DNA of 64,000 nucleotides from Trichosphaerium sp. ATCC 40318 (lineage: Eukaryota; Protista; Tubulinea): contig JALMLS010000015.1 in assembly GCA_038496445.1 (NCBI GenBank), positions 62,001-126,000 of the forward strand, written 5' to 3'. Positions 1 through 14,335 of the stretch are shown piece by piece. The notes under the pieces were generated by a model, which had not been told where the DNA came from, did not search any database, and was given only the letters and a program-made list of their open reading frames with translations. How positions within the stretch are numbered: position 1 is the stretch's first letter; every line of letters starts with the position of its first letter. A program made the position numbers and the translations under genes.

Positions 1-2450
1 GGGACGCCCTGAATTATGTACTTCAAGAGAAAGGTAAAAAAGTACTTAGATTGCGTTAACGGTTTTTTGAAGAATATTAGCTCGTAGTGCGTCTCCAACG
101 CGCGTGAGACTACAAAATCCAACCAAAAGAAATCTCGGCCCTTTTTATGAACTGCCAGTGGATTTACTTGGGGAAATATTTCGTAGGCTGCGCGGTGCGT
201 GGTGCATACGCGTTTCCGCGCTGAATAAGTTATTTAGAGCCTCGGTTTTTAGCAATAGCAGCTATTGTATGTAGGTCATGGTACAGTACCGTACGAATGC
301 CTACAGAGGTACTAAAACCAATAAACGTATTTTACATAGGCATGGAATTCAGTATTTGAGTTAGATGTCACGCCTTATGTAAACGGACGGCGATCTTTCA
401 TTCCACTAGATGATAGAAGGCTGCTTCTATTGATCACACATTGTACCAGACTGAACACTCTTAAATTAGATAAGGTAAATACAGTGTACTAATATACACT
501 AATATTAGAACTGCTCACATGCCGCTCACAAATGCTTGTTGGGCGTCAAACTTTTTTTGAAGCAAAACAATCTAATTCGTTTTTTTTTAGTGTGATAAGA
601 TTACGGCTTCTGGGTTGCAGTACCTTAGTCTGCTTAAATCTTTGCGTACCGTATCACTTGGGTAATAAACATTGAATTGATACTAAAACCTACTAACACG
701 TGTTGAGGTATTGTCGGTCCATACAAGACGATGCAATGGTTCACGTTGGTGAACTGCATAATTTGACAAGTCTCACTCTTGACACAAACAGAAAACTATC
801 TGATGATGGCCTTATACATATAAGTGGTTTGACAAAACTCAAGGTATGTAAATGGAACTATGGATGCATTTTAAAAGAAAATTTAAAGGTATTGTCGTTG
901 TCTCGAGTTGAAAAAGTTACTGATGACACATTGGCTCATTTGACAAGTTTGGTTCAGTTAACGGACTTAGACATATCCTATTGTAGATACATTACAGATG
1001 AAGGCATTATATTATACTCAATGAACGAATAAGTAACAATGACATTTAGGTATTCAACAGCTTTCATGTCTTACAAATATGGAGGTTCTAAATTTGAATG
1101 GAAACAACTCGATATTTGAAGGTTATCTAGCGCTTAGGTACAACACAAGTATATGTACAAGTATGTGCTTAACATTCATAGTAATTTTAAAAAACTACAT
1201 ACAATCAAAGTTCTATCAGCTATCCTTCATGAAGAGTCATTTGCAAACCTTAAAACATTACTATATTCGGTGAGTATCACTTTACATTTCGTAGTCTCAT
1301 AGTACTGTACTAGCTTCCACAACTAAGGACACTCGACATCAGCAACTGTCCTTTCATAGACGATTCATTTTGCAATTATTTCTCATCTTATCTTTCTATT
1401 ATACGTAAACTAAAGCTTCGTGATGCGACACATTTAACCCGACAAGGGACAAATGTACTATTATTTTCTTTTTCCTTCTTTCGGCGCGTCAGCTAATAGT
1501 GTTTTAGCATTTTTCCAACTTGACATCATTGAATCTAACAAATTCTATTTTAATGCCAAACATTTTTGATCAAATGACCAGTTTGACAAAGTTAAATTTG
1601 CGAGGGGTACGGTGATGTCTTTCAAGTAATGAACATTCCCTAATAACCTCATAGAGTAATTATGAAGGCTCCACAGCTAGTTTTTGCCTGACTTTAAGAG
1701 GTTTGAATGCAGCAATACATCTACGACATCTCAACCTTTCAGTGCCTAACTTGACAGATGAACACCTTGCTGTAATATCACACTGCAATTCGATTGAAAA
1801 ACTTGATCTCCTCTGGGCTAAAGTAACAGAAAAGGCACGTGTTTCGAAGAGTTACAAAACGTGACCCTACAGAACTAACTTGGAATACAAAGGGTCTCCA
1901 AAAGCTGGCGTACTTGGAGAACTTATCAGAACTAAACTTGACGAACTGCAAAGGAGTGACAGATACAGTATTAGCCTCCTTTACAAGCCTCAAAAAACTT
2001 AGTGCTTTATCACTTGCAAATTGCTCTAATATCACAGATGAGGTAAACCCAATGAGCTACCCCGCTTGCCAATATACCCGCAACTGACTACCATAGGGTG
2101 TCGTATACTTGGGACAGTTGACAGCATTGCGATATCTTGTACTATTTAACTTATTTAAAATCACTGATGATTGTACGCCCCTTTTAAATGGAGTCACATC
2201 TCAATGGAAAACGTAGGTGTGGGTCATTTGATTAAGTTGGAAAATATTATTCTTTTAGATTTGACTGGTTGTGGCGGAATAAGCGATAAAGGCGTAGATT
2301 GGCTCAAGCGCAAGTTGATAAAGTACGTAACTGACATACATTTCAAAAAAAGCTAAAATTGTGTAAAGGGCTACTATAAACGGAGATTCATGTACAAACA
2401 ACCGGCGTGAGTTTTTAGGTGGTACTGACGTTACCTGTGCAGTGATGTAG
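1..2450 (+). CDS. F-box/leucine-rich-repeat protein with C-terminal CaaX box (FBXL2/FBXL20-like), multi-exon, 5' end outside window
   Basis: Spliced F-box LPVDLLGEIF..YLEPRFLAIAAIVCRSW (~150-290). Many Cys-containing LRRs (LTDLDISYCRYITDEG, LSELNLTNCKGVTD, LDLTGCGGISDKG). Last exon after the intron at ~2322 ends ...DVTCAVM* (TAG 2448-2450). Confidence 0.85.
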
Positions 2451-2625
2451 ACGCCAAAAATAAAACTCTGCATTTTTTATGAAAAACAGTCAAATGTTTT
2501 ATTTTTTTCTGAGGTTGCCCCAAAACATGCAAAGCCTTTGAAAAACGGCTAAACCTATATATTTGGGCGTAACCGTGCCTATTTTTCTCACGAATAACAA
2601 CAATTAATTGTCTACACGTCAAAAA

Positions 2626-5600
2626 ATGGCTGAAGTGGAGGAAGAAGAGGACTGGGACGATGACTTCGCGTTGGATGAATTCCAACCTGCACCAACCTCA
2701 GGAACGGATAAAATAGTGATTTCTGGTTTGGTTGCTAAACCAGACGACGAAGAAACGTGGGACAACGACTTCGATTTCGAAGATGAATCTAGCGCTTCCG
2801 ACGGTTCAAAAGGTACAGAAATGCTCCGTTCTTACTCAAAATATGCACAAATACCATATACGTGGTTCACTGGCGTCCAAAAGCGCCTTATTGCTCTTGT
2901 GACCTAATTTACCGAGATCCTAACGGAAACACTTAGACCCGCAGCGGAAAGCATCATTGATACTCCAAAGTCACCGCGGAAGCAATACTATCTTTTCTAC
3001 GCAGTCTATTGAAAAGGCCAGAGTTTTGGGAGTACTTAGAGATGCATTAGCGCTTCTCCCTGGTAAGAATCAAATGCTACACGCAACAAAATCATCTTAG
3101 CACAATCTCAAGCTAAATCATTAATTTTCTAGACTTCAAAGAACTTGCAGCCACTTTAGAACCTGCTCAAACATCTGAAGAAGCATCATTATGTACGTAC
3201 ACCTGTATTATAATAGAATATAGTTTGACACCCAAAACAGCTGATGTAATGACTGACAAAGAATGGGAGATAGAATTCACAAGGCTAATGAGCGAAATAA
3301 AAGTATGCGTGCTAAAACGAATCGCTACGCGAAATTTATTTGGACGTTTTTTTTTATTCTAACCAACATGTTCAAGGCTCTCCCATCAAAATTGTCTCGT
3401 GTTAAGCAATATTATACACTTGGACAAAGATGTCAGAAAAGAGGTGATCTACGCAACGCATTTGTGAGCTTTCAAGCAGCATTCAACGTCGACGCTGAGC
3501 TTGACCGCCAAGGCAAAAAGAGTTCGTGTACGAATTAATTAATTTCTAAGTTTTGGTCGTAATTTGCTTGTAGACGTCGAGCTTCAAGCTAGAATTATTC
3601 TAGACACTGGTGTAACTGCACGTCAAATGGAGGACTATTTGGAGGCTCGAGAGAACTTCAAAGAAGTCAACACGCTGATTTTATCCCACTCTGGTTCCCT
3701 TGGTTTTTTACAACCGAAATTGAACTTAGAGTCTGGTTTATGTTACTTTAACCTACAAGAGAACGAGAATGCAGCACAGAACTTTACGCAGTTCATGGTT
3801 CATCTAAAGAAAAGGTTCACGCACGATTCTCCTATTCAGCTAGTAGATTGTTGCTTTCACTTCGCTGAAATATCACGTCACTATGAGAGTTATACTATCG
3901 CTGAAAAGTTTCTTGAATTTGGCATCATCTTTGCTAAGGTAAGCTATCAGATTTTTTTTTTTGCAAGGTTTTTCCATTGCTTATCTGAACGTTCAAGGGA
4001 AATAAACCGTGGCTGAAAAAATTAAATGTCATTTTGGAGGAAGTCAAGGATGAAAAATTCTTTGCTGATGAAGACGGATCGCTAGCAGCGGAGTCGCCTT
4101 CAAAAAGATTGGTGAGAATTATTCAACAGAAAATTATATGAGCTGATTAGCTGACTAGGCATTGTCTGCATTTTCTTTCAGGAGAACAGCAATCAAGTCT
4201 AGAACTCCTTCTTCCCCAGTTGCTCCTGCCGTATTGGCTAAAGAGGAAGAATCAGGTGAGGAAGATTGGGATGAAGCATTTGGTGTAGAAACTGAGCGTA
4301 GAGTTCCACTTGAGGTATTATTTTAGTTTGTTTTGTTGTGACTTTATCACTTACGAAGTATAGTTGCCTTCAAGCTTGGGTTTAGGTGCTCTTGAGACAC
4401 CAGATACTACTTTTGACGTTGCCCAATACAAACTACTCCCTGAAGACGCTGGTGCATCAGTTCTCGCTATCAAGTACGTACAGTAATTGTGTTTAGTCGT
4501 TCGTGCTTATACTTTGCAAGATACCCGAAGCCTACGGTATTTTTGGCTGAGCGTACACCAGAAGGTCATTCACTGCTTAATGAACGAGAATTAGAAAGAT
4601 GGCTTTCATGTCTTATTGGTTAGTCCGAAAAAATACAAAGCTATTTTCTTACATTAGTGTAATTAGGTAAGTACCAAGATATCACAGGTATTGGTGGAAT
4701 AGATACTACAGAAGCCAAGAAAAAATATTTGAAGGCGGGCAGGAACCATAGCAAGGTAACAAAGACTTTCCTTTTTTAGACATTATTGTTGTTTTTTTAT
4801 TATTGTTTTATTGACTTTTTTGCAGTTTTCGAAAAAGTACTTGCAAGCATACGTGAATTATTGTAATAAGCTTGAATTCGCTGGAAAACGTAAAGATTGC
4901 TGGCATTATGTTCTTGTATTTTTTAAAGATATGAAGAAAGAACTCAAAGCTAAAACCCTACATAAAGGCACGTATTTTTTTTATTTTATAATTGGTAGTA
5001 ATAACTTGCGCATCTAGATGTAAAAGCAAATTTTGGATTAGTTATGGAGCTCCTTGTGATTGCAGGTCGTGCTTGGCGACTAACTCAAGAAGAGGATTGG
5101 GAATTAATGATCTATATCGCCCAGGATGTCAATACAAATTATGAAGCTGTAGTTAAGATAATTGAGGTATTTTACACTCATTTACTGCGATTTTATTGTA
5201 CTAACTTATTTTCTAGGTTGAGATGTACGCACATCATCAATACCAACGTGCTTATGGCACAGAATCGCTCTTACAGAGGTTCTGTTCGTTGTATGAGTCC
5301 CTTACTACAAAGGCGAAGACTGGCATGCTTTTTAAGATTGAACTACTATCTGATGAAGAGTCTAAAGAGTTTGGACGTGAACCACTTCGTGCGCGATTGT
5401 TAGGAGCAATTCACTTGCTTTTATCAAATCGTTCACCACTCACTGGTCAATTGTTTGATACAGACATTGATGAATACTCTATGATGGATATAGACAGCTC
5501 AGCAGAACCTTTAAGCGGTGGCGAGGTATTGAATGATATAACAACATTGAAGTAACTTATTTTTTGTGTAGGCTAATCTTGCTGCTGACATGATTTGTAA

Positions 5601-8600
5601 TGACAAATTGCGGATGGATTTATTATTGGATATTTACAAAAAGTTGCCAGCATCACTTACAAAAGCCAAAATTAGCTTCGCTTGTGCTCTATACGCGAGT
5701 AATGAGCTTGTTGGTGATTTTGAACTGAGCGAGCGTTTATTTTGCGAGAGTGCTTATATTCTAGATCAAAAAGTTGGTATAGTAGGCGGTATGTGGGTTT
5801 TTTCTTTTTGAACAAGTCGAAATGTTGTTTTATTTATTGTTTTGCTTTAGGTCTACCTGCGATTATTTCTCCTCTTGGAAACGATATAATCCTGGAGTAT
5901 GCTCAAGTTCTGAATAGAAATATAAAGTATCGTTATGCTATACTTGCTTTTGAAGCTGCCTTGAGGATTCTAAAGATTCTTGGTGATACTCTTAACTTTA
6001 ACAAATTGCTTCAAAATGTTGCTACGTTGTGTCAGACTAGAGGTGATTTTTATCGTGCTATATCTAAGTACCAAGAGATTTATGATTCTTACCAAGCTGA
6101 TAAGAATACTGTCACGGTAAGTACTATACTCTTATGTCAGAACAAAACGCTGAGAAACTTTGTTTAGATGATTTTCTTGGCGATAAAATTGAGTCAGGTT
6201 TACTTGGAAATTGGTGACTTTAACTCCGCTGAGGGGTTGTTAGAGAAAGCATCATTGCTCCTTCCCGATAATAAGCGTATTGCTGAATACCGTTCTGGTG
6301 CTCCAGTAGATGTTACTAAGCCTTTGGATCAGCAATATCTCAAACTTCAGATTCAACTATGCAAAACCTATCTCCTTGGCTTTTATTTAGAAAAGGGTAT
6401 CACTCTTGTTGAGACACTATTACGTTTCGCACTCCCATCATACCACCTCGGCTCTGAGCTGCGCATTATGCGTGTAAAGGTACTAATACTGTAGTTTACA
6501 AGCAGGACAAAGACTGACATTTGTATGTAGTTGTACATAAAAAAACGGTGGTTTCAAGATGCGAACTACGCTTTGAAGGAACTTCTTAGGAAAGAGCACC
6601 AACATCAAGACGGGTCACGCAAAGCGTGGCAGCCAAAGTACCCTCCAGAATACTTTTATTTATCTGCACAAAATTATCGGCAAGCCAAGAAATACAGCGA
6701 GGTAAATTCTTGTCTAGAATTCTGTTTGTTTTTTTTAAATTTTTTGGCTTATGACTATCTGTAGGCTCTGTATTGTATTGAAAAAGCAATTGAGCAATGT
6801 GAGAAGAGTCACTCTAGTATTGGTACCCTTGGAAAGTACTACTACATGCAAGGGAAGGTGTTCCAAGAGGTTGCTAGAAATCATAATATGATCACTTTTC
6901 CTACTCAACTGGAACCTTCTATTGAAGTGTTTGTTACTGCTTCGGAAAAGTATGAATATGGTAAGTCGTACTACACTTTTCTGTTGAGTTATCTTTAATC
7001 GTATCTACTAGAGGTCAGTCGTGTTGCTAAAACCTATTCTAATCCTGGAGACCTTGTTCGAGTGTGTTCAGATACATTCATCCTTGCCTATGTAAAATTT
7101 GAGAAAATCGGGGATGAAAAAAGGTAAAAAAGAAATCATACGTTCCTTTTCTTAACGTACTTTAGGGTTGCCAAAACATTGGCTGCTATGGCTGAGACAT
7201 ATCTCGAATTTGTATTTTCTGATGTAGCCTATTTTGATTGCTCGTTTGATGATGTTTCTATTCTACCGCCAATGCGGAAAGAACAGCATCAGGTTCGTTT
7301 GTATTTTTTTTTAAGTTGATACTTTATCTAACTCTTGTTAAAGCGTCTGTCGTCAATGGATGTTGAACCTCCACACTCTGAAAAGAAGAAGAAGCCACGT
7401 AAGAAGCATAGACGTGGTCGTACAAGCGATAAATCAGATCCTACCAAGCGTAGCGACAGCGGTAGTGGTATTCGCGGGCATGGCATTTTTGCACCTAAAG
7501 GCCAAGCAAAGTCTGTCTCGGAGAGTACAGATAGAGAGAATGACAGTAAGAAGAGTAGAAAAAGTGCTACTAGACCAAACAAAACTCGAGCTCGAGGAGG
7601 GTCAACTCTACCTGCTCAGTCGGATGAGACTTTGACTTCTAACGCGGACGAAACTTTTACTATCACCTTTGAAACAATTGAAGAGCCTGCACAGTTGTCT
7701 TTGGAAGTAGCCACTGAAACTTCAAACGTTATGCTACTCCTACAATGGTACTATTTTCTTTTCTTTTCTCGTTCTTGTGAGACACTTCATGATAATCGTG
7801 CTGACTCACTATCTAGTTTGTTAAACATGGGAGAATTACATATGCTTGAAGGTCACACTGAGGCGTCATTAGCATTTTTAAACGCCTGTAAAGATGAGTT
7901 GTCTAATTTCTTTATGGATGGCGTCAGGTTTATTATGCGTGCTGGACCTCCTTACTTTGTTGCCAAAATATTGCATCTTGTTAAGAGGGCTGTAAGGCTT
8001 CTATTCTGTTTCAATATGGATACCATCAATAGCGTATGACGTCATGTTATAACTTACAGTTGTAATTCTAATTTTATTCTTTTTTCTTTTAGAATTTAGA
8101 TTTAGTGGACGTGTACATACTACTACAACAAGACTACGAGCAATCTCTATTCAGAAGCCCAGAACCAGTTCAAGGGGAGTTTGTTGGAAAGGCAGGGAAG
8201 CACACTAATAAACGTGCCTCTCTTGACCCGGAAACTGTACGTTGGTTGCTTGTTTTTTACCTCTTCACTAAAGTTCTTGCTTGTCTTTTGCTTACCAATG
8301 TTTTTAATAGGATAAGTTTGATATTGCATATACAGAGAGTGCTTCTAGGATATGGGAGTGTCTTTATTTTATGAACAAACAAACACATCGATATTTTGAA
8401 GGGAAGCTTTCACAAAAAGAGTTGAAGGAGAGAAATCAAAAAACTCTTCGTAAGCTTGCGAAAATTGCTCGTGTTATGAGATCAGGAGATATGGTCACAA
8501 TATCAAAGTCTAATACGAGGCTTACTCGTGTTATTTCACGTTATGGTCAGTTACTGCAGACTGGTAATAGTAAAGAAGAGAGTGATAAACGTATTTCCCC

Positions 8601-11039
8601 ACCGTTAACTCCTAGACGTACGTGTCCTTTTATTATTGTATAGTTATCGTATCCTAATGCTCTCATAGGTACTGGCGTATCGAGCGGACCGCCTACTCCT
8701 CATAGGAAGCCCAGAACAAATTCTACAGTACCTGCAGAGGTAAAAATACCTGTTCTAGATCGTTTAAGCAAGCGACCGCACTTCTCTAAGCTAGTATACA
8801 CTATCATTGTTGATGACAAAATTATTTATTACGTGCCGAAGACGGGACAAACCAAGATCCAACGCCTCGGTAAAGGATCTGAACTAGAAAATAAGACTGC
8901 ACCGACGAGGAATCTGTTCATACGCGTTCATTTTATGGCTAATCAAGATGAGTACATCAAGTTTGAGATTCAACCTACTATAACGCTAAAGAATGTTCTT
9001 GACTTCCTTGGCGTTGGTAAAGGTTCCGGTTCTACAACAAAAATCGGTAGTTTACCTTCTTTCGTATTCTTTACTAGAAAGCATGAAAAGGTTCAAGAGC
9101 TAGAGTATACGAGCAATTTTTGGACAGAACTTGGTCGTTTACTTCAAATCAACGACGTTGCGCCTAGTGGTGACCCTCAAGATAGCGACTCGACGAATAG
9201 ATCTGTTAAGGATCATAAATCATTAAGCGGTTCAGAAGCAACAACAATTAGCAGCGTAAAACATCATTCAAGAGAGAATTCTGGAAAATCCGATTCCCAC
9301 GGCAAAGAAATCCGAAAAAAAGTCAAAAAAGGTACGCTTCGTTCGCGACGGCGCTGGTTGATCTTTGCAACGAGGCGTATTAATGCCATGCAAGGTGTAA
9401 ATAGATCGACACGGGTGTCTGTGGCCAAGAAAAGGATACATAAGAATGGAAAGCCCGTTTGGATTTCTCTAAAGAGAAAACTTGATGTTCAACTCTACAA
9501 ACTTTTTTCTGTTGCAGAACTGGCTCAGAATACTATCGATGAGCCAGTATCGCTTTATTTACATTACTCTGCGAATGATAAGAAGGGGATTAAAATGGAC
9601 TTTAGTGATATGATTTTCTTATCACCTAATATTGTAGACTACTTGCAATTATTGGTACGTTTGCTTGCTGGTAGACCGATAGATTGTAGATTTTTTTTTG
9701 TTGTTCGCGTAGACTACTTGCTTTTTTTGAAAACTCTTACTCTTCTTATGTTTGATATTAGGTCGACCCTAAGTTGCAAGAATCCACCTCCAGTAATAAT
9801 TCTGTACTTCAGATGCTCATAGAAGGCGTACGGCGCTTTAAAATAGTGATTTTCGAAACGACTGAGCTGACTTTTTTTTTGTATAGTTCAAGCCGTTGTT
9901 GTCTATTGTTCCTCAAGAAGATGCCAAGAGTCTAGCTTTTGCTGATCCTGGAAAGAACTACTTACGTGCTTGGAATCACTTATGGGGACCTGATACTAAA
10001 CCTCTTATGGAACAAGTACTTCATCCAATTGTACGTCACAAGTCTAGCTTTTTTTTTTTGCTAACTTTGTGGGTTTTCTTAGTGTATTATTTGCTCACCT
10101 TCCTTGTCTGTGTTCCCATGGGAAAAGGTGTTTGAGAATCAATCGGTTTTACGATTTTTTTGCTTGGATGATATCATATGTAAGAAAACTCCACCTGTAC
10201 CCATATCTCCTCGAAGCTCGTCAACTGTACGTCACGTATTAGAAAAAAAAAAGCCCCACCTTATTTGTCAAGAAACTAACTTCACCTATTAGGGTTCTAC
10301 ACCTCAATATGTTGCTTGGTATTATAAACAAACACAACACTTGAAGGTATCAATGGAAGCAGAACGATACGAACAAGTAAAGCGGAAGATCCAGCGAAAC
10401 ATAATTTTCACCCAAAAGGTAATCAATCTCTTTTTTTAGGTTTTTGTTTTGCTTTTGTAGCTAAGGACGGTCTGTCGTCTTTTGTTTTGTTGATGCTCAC
10501 TTTCTTTTGTAGGGAAATAGATTCTATGGTTCTCGTGTGTTACCTAATTGTCCATTCTACTCTACTTTAGTATCTAGGAAAGCTAAGGTTGATAGATATC
10601 AAAGCAAATACAAGTTTGTTCATTTTTATGACCTTGCGGATGTTGTATATAATCCAAGGCTCATTGTAAATGTCTTTGAGAGTGTACATAACCCTATATT
10701 CCTTCTCACTTACACCGATCTTCTTGAGATGAGTGCTAGTGTGTATACACTTACACGGTATGCTTTCAAGACTCTTAGAATTCTTTCTCCTTTTTTCCTT
10801 CTTTCAACTTGTGTTTTCTTTGTGCTGACTTTGTTGCTAGGTACCGTCCTACTCCTACGCTCCTATTTGTTCCTCCATCCAAGCTCAAGTCAGTAGCTAC
10901 AAAGCTCATGAAGTTCCAAGCCACCGCTCAAAAACTGGACCTACTAAAGAACCCGTTTTTATTCCTCATGATGGCTATTGGTAAAATAGAGCAAGAATCA
11001 GATTTTCCCATTGCCATCTTTAACCCACCTGCACTATAA
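2626..11039 (+). CDS. Very large multi-exon TPR/alpha-solenoid protein with acidic WDxxF motifs and a possible degenerate CHAT-like C-terminus
   Basis: Starts MAEVEEEEDWDDDF. TPR-like helices (e.g. ATLCQTRGDFYRAISKYQE, LSQVYLEIGDFNSAEGLLEKA). Consecutive exons joined by GT/GC-AG introns to TAA at 11039. IICSPSLSVFPWE motif near 10085-10125. Confidence 0.7.
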
Positions 11040-11478
11040 ATATAATGCATTTCTGGGTTATAAGTGTGGTATGTACACTATAAACGCTTGTACTATAAAC
11101 ACGTGATAAAAATTGTGCTGTAAGAAAGGGAGTAGTGTGAGTTTCTTTTAATTTTGTTTTTTTTTGTCGAGAAAAGCATTTTTGGCAAACAGACAAAAAA
11201 GCAATAAAGTGCCTTTGTTTTTATTGATGTAGAATTTGCGACATACACTGTAGGTTAATACCTTAGCGGTTTCCGTAGTTTATAGCATTTAAGGTCCTAC
11301 TGGAGTTGGGTGGATTGCATAATTTTGGAAAATACTGTCAAAATGCCTTGAAGATTGCGTAATTGTATTGTTTCTAGCGCATTTTTGCCGATTAGAGTAA
11401 TACCAGTGAAAAACGTTGAGTCAAATTATTTACACTTGATGTTGGACATCTCAGCATGCGCTTGATATAGCCCCTTTC

Positions 11479-13994
11479 ATGGCCAAGCGCGGTCGGTCAT
11501 TACAGAGGTTTCTGCCCATCCGCCATACAATTTAGACAAACCTGAAAATGAGCTTAAAGGTACGCGAGAGTATTTATCTGTAGCATTTACATGCGTAGCT
11601 TTTCATAAAACGACATTTAACTGCAATTTAGTTACGCTCCAAAAAGATAGACCTAGACAAACCAATGCCTATTTATTTTGGTATACTACCTCCCAGCGAC
11701 GACGATAGCGCTGTTCAAAGAGACTTGCCCGATATGCCGACAGGAATGACTCGCGAAGAGCAAGAGGCACGCGTAAAACGTTAGTTGCGATCGTAATTCG
11801 CCTAGGAAGCACATATTGCAGTGACTATTAATGCTAGAAAAAATGTCTCCAGTATACCAATCCCTGTCGTTACAAAGGTGAAGGATGACAACCTAGTAAG
11901 CACATTTTACCGTCCACCGAGTTATATAAGCTGGGACAAGACACGAGGTGCGTTTTCGTCATCTGGAATTTAACGTTTTTCGCGAATACACTTATTTGCA
12001 TAAAATGTCGATAGATGGTATTCTCTTAGTGCTTGCATTCTAATTCTTATGCGTTTTAAAGAGTTTTTTGAGCCAATTATTTTTTTTTTCATTTTACAAA
12101 CTGCAGACTACATTTGCTTTTTTATCATTTATTTTTGGCTTTATTGGCATTAATGATAAGTATTATGTATGTTACCGTATACTTTAGTGCAATACATCGA
12201 CTTTGGGTTGCTTTTTTATTATTAATTTTTTTGTTATTAGCTCCACTGTCTCATCATTCCGGCTATGACCTAGAAAGTGATGACGACCGATGGCTTTGCG
12301 AACAACAAAAGCGTTGTGTTAATATTAGTGAAAAAACGTTTGAGTTGATCGTATCAGCATTTGAGTCGTTTGTAAATACTTACCCTGTACGTCAAACAGA
12401 CGGTAGTATTTTTCTATCAATCTTTGAGACGGGAAGACCAATCAAAGAGAAAGAACTTCTTTTTTTTTTTTTTCTGGCAATGTATAGAAAGGCTTGTGAG
12501 TTTTTCGGAATGTACTCACTCTCTGACTCTTAGGACCTTCACTTTACCAAGGAAGAAGCAATAAGACAACTAGTAGATAAAGAGCACAAGAAGTTGGCAC
12601 CTTTGGTACGTGTAATCACTATGCAACCATTTTTAGAAGTTGGTGGATTTTGTTGCCATATTTATTTTTTGTACGCTGTAAGAATTTTCTTTTCTCAATC
12701 CTTCTTGTTTGCAGGTTTTTGACTATTGGGAAAATAAGTGTAGAGAGCATGGCTGTCGTTCGCTTAGTCAGAGATATCGAGACCACGGGACCTTTGTACA
12801 TACAAGTCCAAAGAGAAAGCGCAGAAATGCGCCACTCAAGAGGGTAAATAATGGGATTTTCAAAGTTTTTTTTTACTCTCAAACCACAGTACACTCGCCA
12901 CTAAATGTTTCATGCTCAACAGTCAAGCTCAATTTGGGTTTTCTTTTTCGTATACACGTATCGAAATTTCGTCAAGTTCAAGCAATGTTGGTTTTGTGGA
13001 TTTTTTGGTTTTTTCAGAAAATAGCAATTACAGTCATAATTATGACTTCTCCCACTCACTTTTTTTTCTTAAGCTAGCTAACCCCAAGGTGCAACAACAA
13101 ATGATACTAGACTTGAAAGCACAACTCAACCAAGCAAAAGTATTATTGGATATAGTACTAAGACGAGAACAAGTCAAGAAAAGAAAGTACAATATAATCA
13201 ATGAGATATTTAACAAACAACTGGTAAGTAGCCATACACAAAACCAACATATCTAGCAATAGATTTCATCATTCAAACCAACAAAAGAATCAAAACTTGG
13301 AGAAAAATCAATGATTAATTTTTTTTCCTTTTTTTTTCTTCCAAATGACTTTATCTTCCTTGATAACTAACTCCCTCTCTTATAGACAGAAACCCGCGAA
13401 ATTGGCCAAGAGAATACTGTACCTCTAATACCAGGAGATTATCAACCTTCTGATTTAAATGATGCTGGTCCAAAGCCAAAAGAAGAAAAAGAAGAGGAAT
13501 CAGATGAAGATGATGAATACCTTGATGCGTATGATAAAAGATATAGACCGTATTATAGAGAGTTTTTTAATATGCCCGAAAAGTATATAACAGAAGTTGA
13601 TATAAACCATGGTATACAACCTTTTAGAGGTCGGGCAAGGATAGGAAGAGGAGGTAGAGTTATTTGGGATCGTTATGGTCCTTCACGTAGTAGTAATAGA
13701 AAAAAGAATAGATATACGCCTTACACACAACCAGGCATAACGTAACGTACAACTAAAACTCTTTTTTTTTTGTGATGATTTGCAATCGCATGGAAAAAAA
13801 AAAGAAGAAAAAAAAGAAAAAGGGCAATTATAATTTACCTCCCACGTGTAGCCCTTTTCTTTTGTGATGTTTATACTAAATGTAAAAGATAATAAATACA
13901 ACAAACAAGGATTTTGTGGCACACGTTTTTTGCCTATTCAAAGTACATACTTTCGATGAGAGGTCAAATGCCCCTGGATGGACAACATGGCTAG
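11479..13994 (+). CDS. EPC1: Enhancer of polycomb-like protein (NuA4/TIP60 subunit)
   Basis: EPcA-like LRSKKIDLDKPMPIY...MPTGMTREEQEEAHI, YDLESDDDRWL and VFDYWENK. C-terminal FRGRARIGRGGRVIWDR hallmark (~13620-13672). 3' end approximate. Confidence 0.85.
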
Positions 13995-14335
13995 TAAAGT
14001 ACAACATCAAGGGCTTCACTAGAGCCACTACACGTTGATGTCTTCCCCCCAATCGTGTGTATGTTGAGATGAATGAGTAGATTTAATGAACAAGAGGATC
14101 TAACTATAGTTCTATCCCTTTCAAAATGTAGTACTTTTTTTGAACTGCCACAATTGTTTACAAAGGAATCATAAGCCATACCACGATTGGCATGCTAAAT
14201 TGAGTCCTTACGGTGTACGCGTCAAGTTCATTGCAGCTTGTTAGCAGGGTTGGTTAAAACCAAAAAATGCTGGTCAAAAGTTAGAAAGAGGGCCGACAAA
14301 TCCCTATTGTTTAATGTTAGGTAAAAAAACATGCA

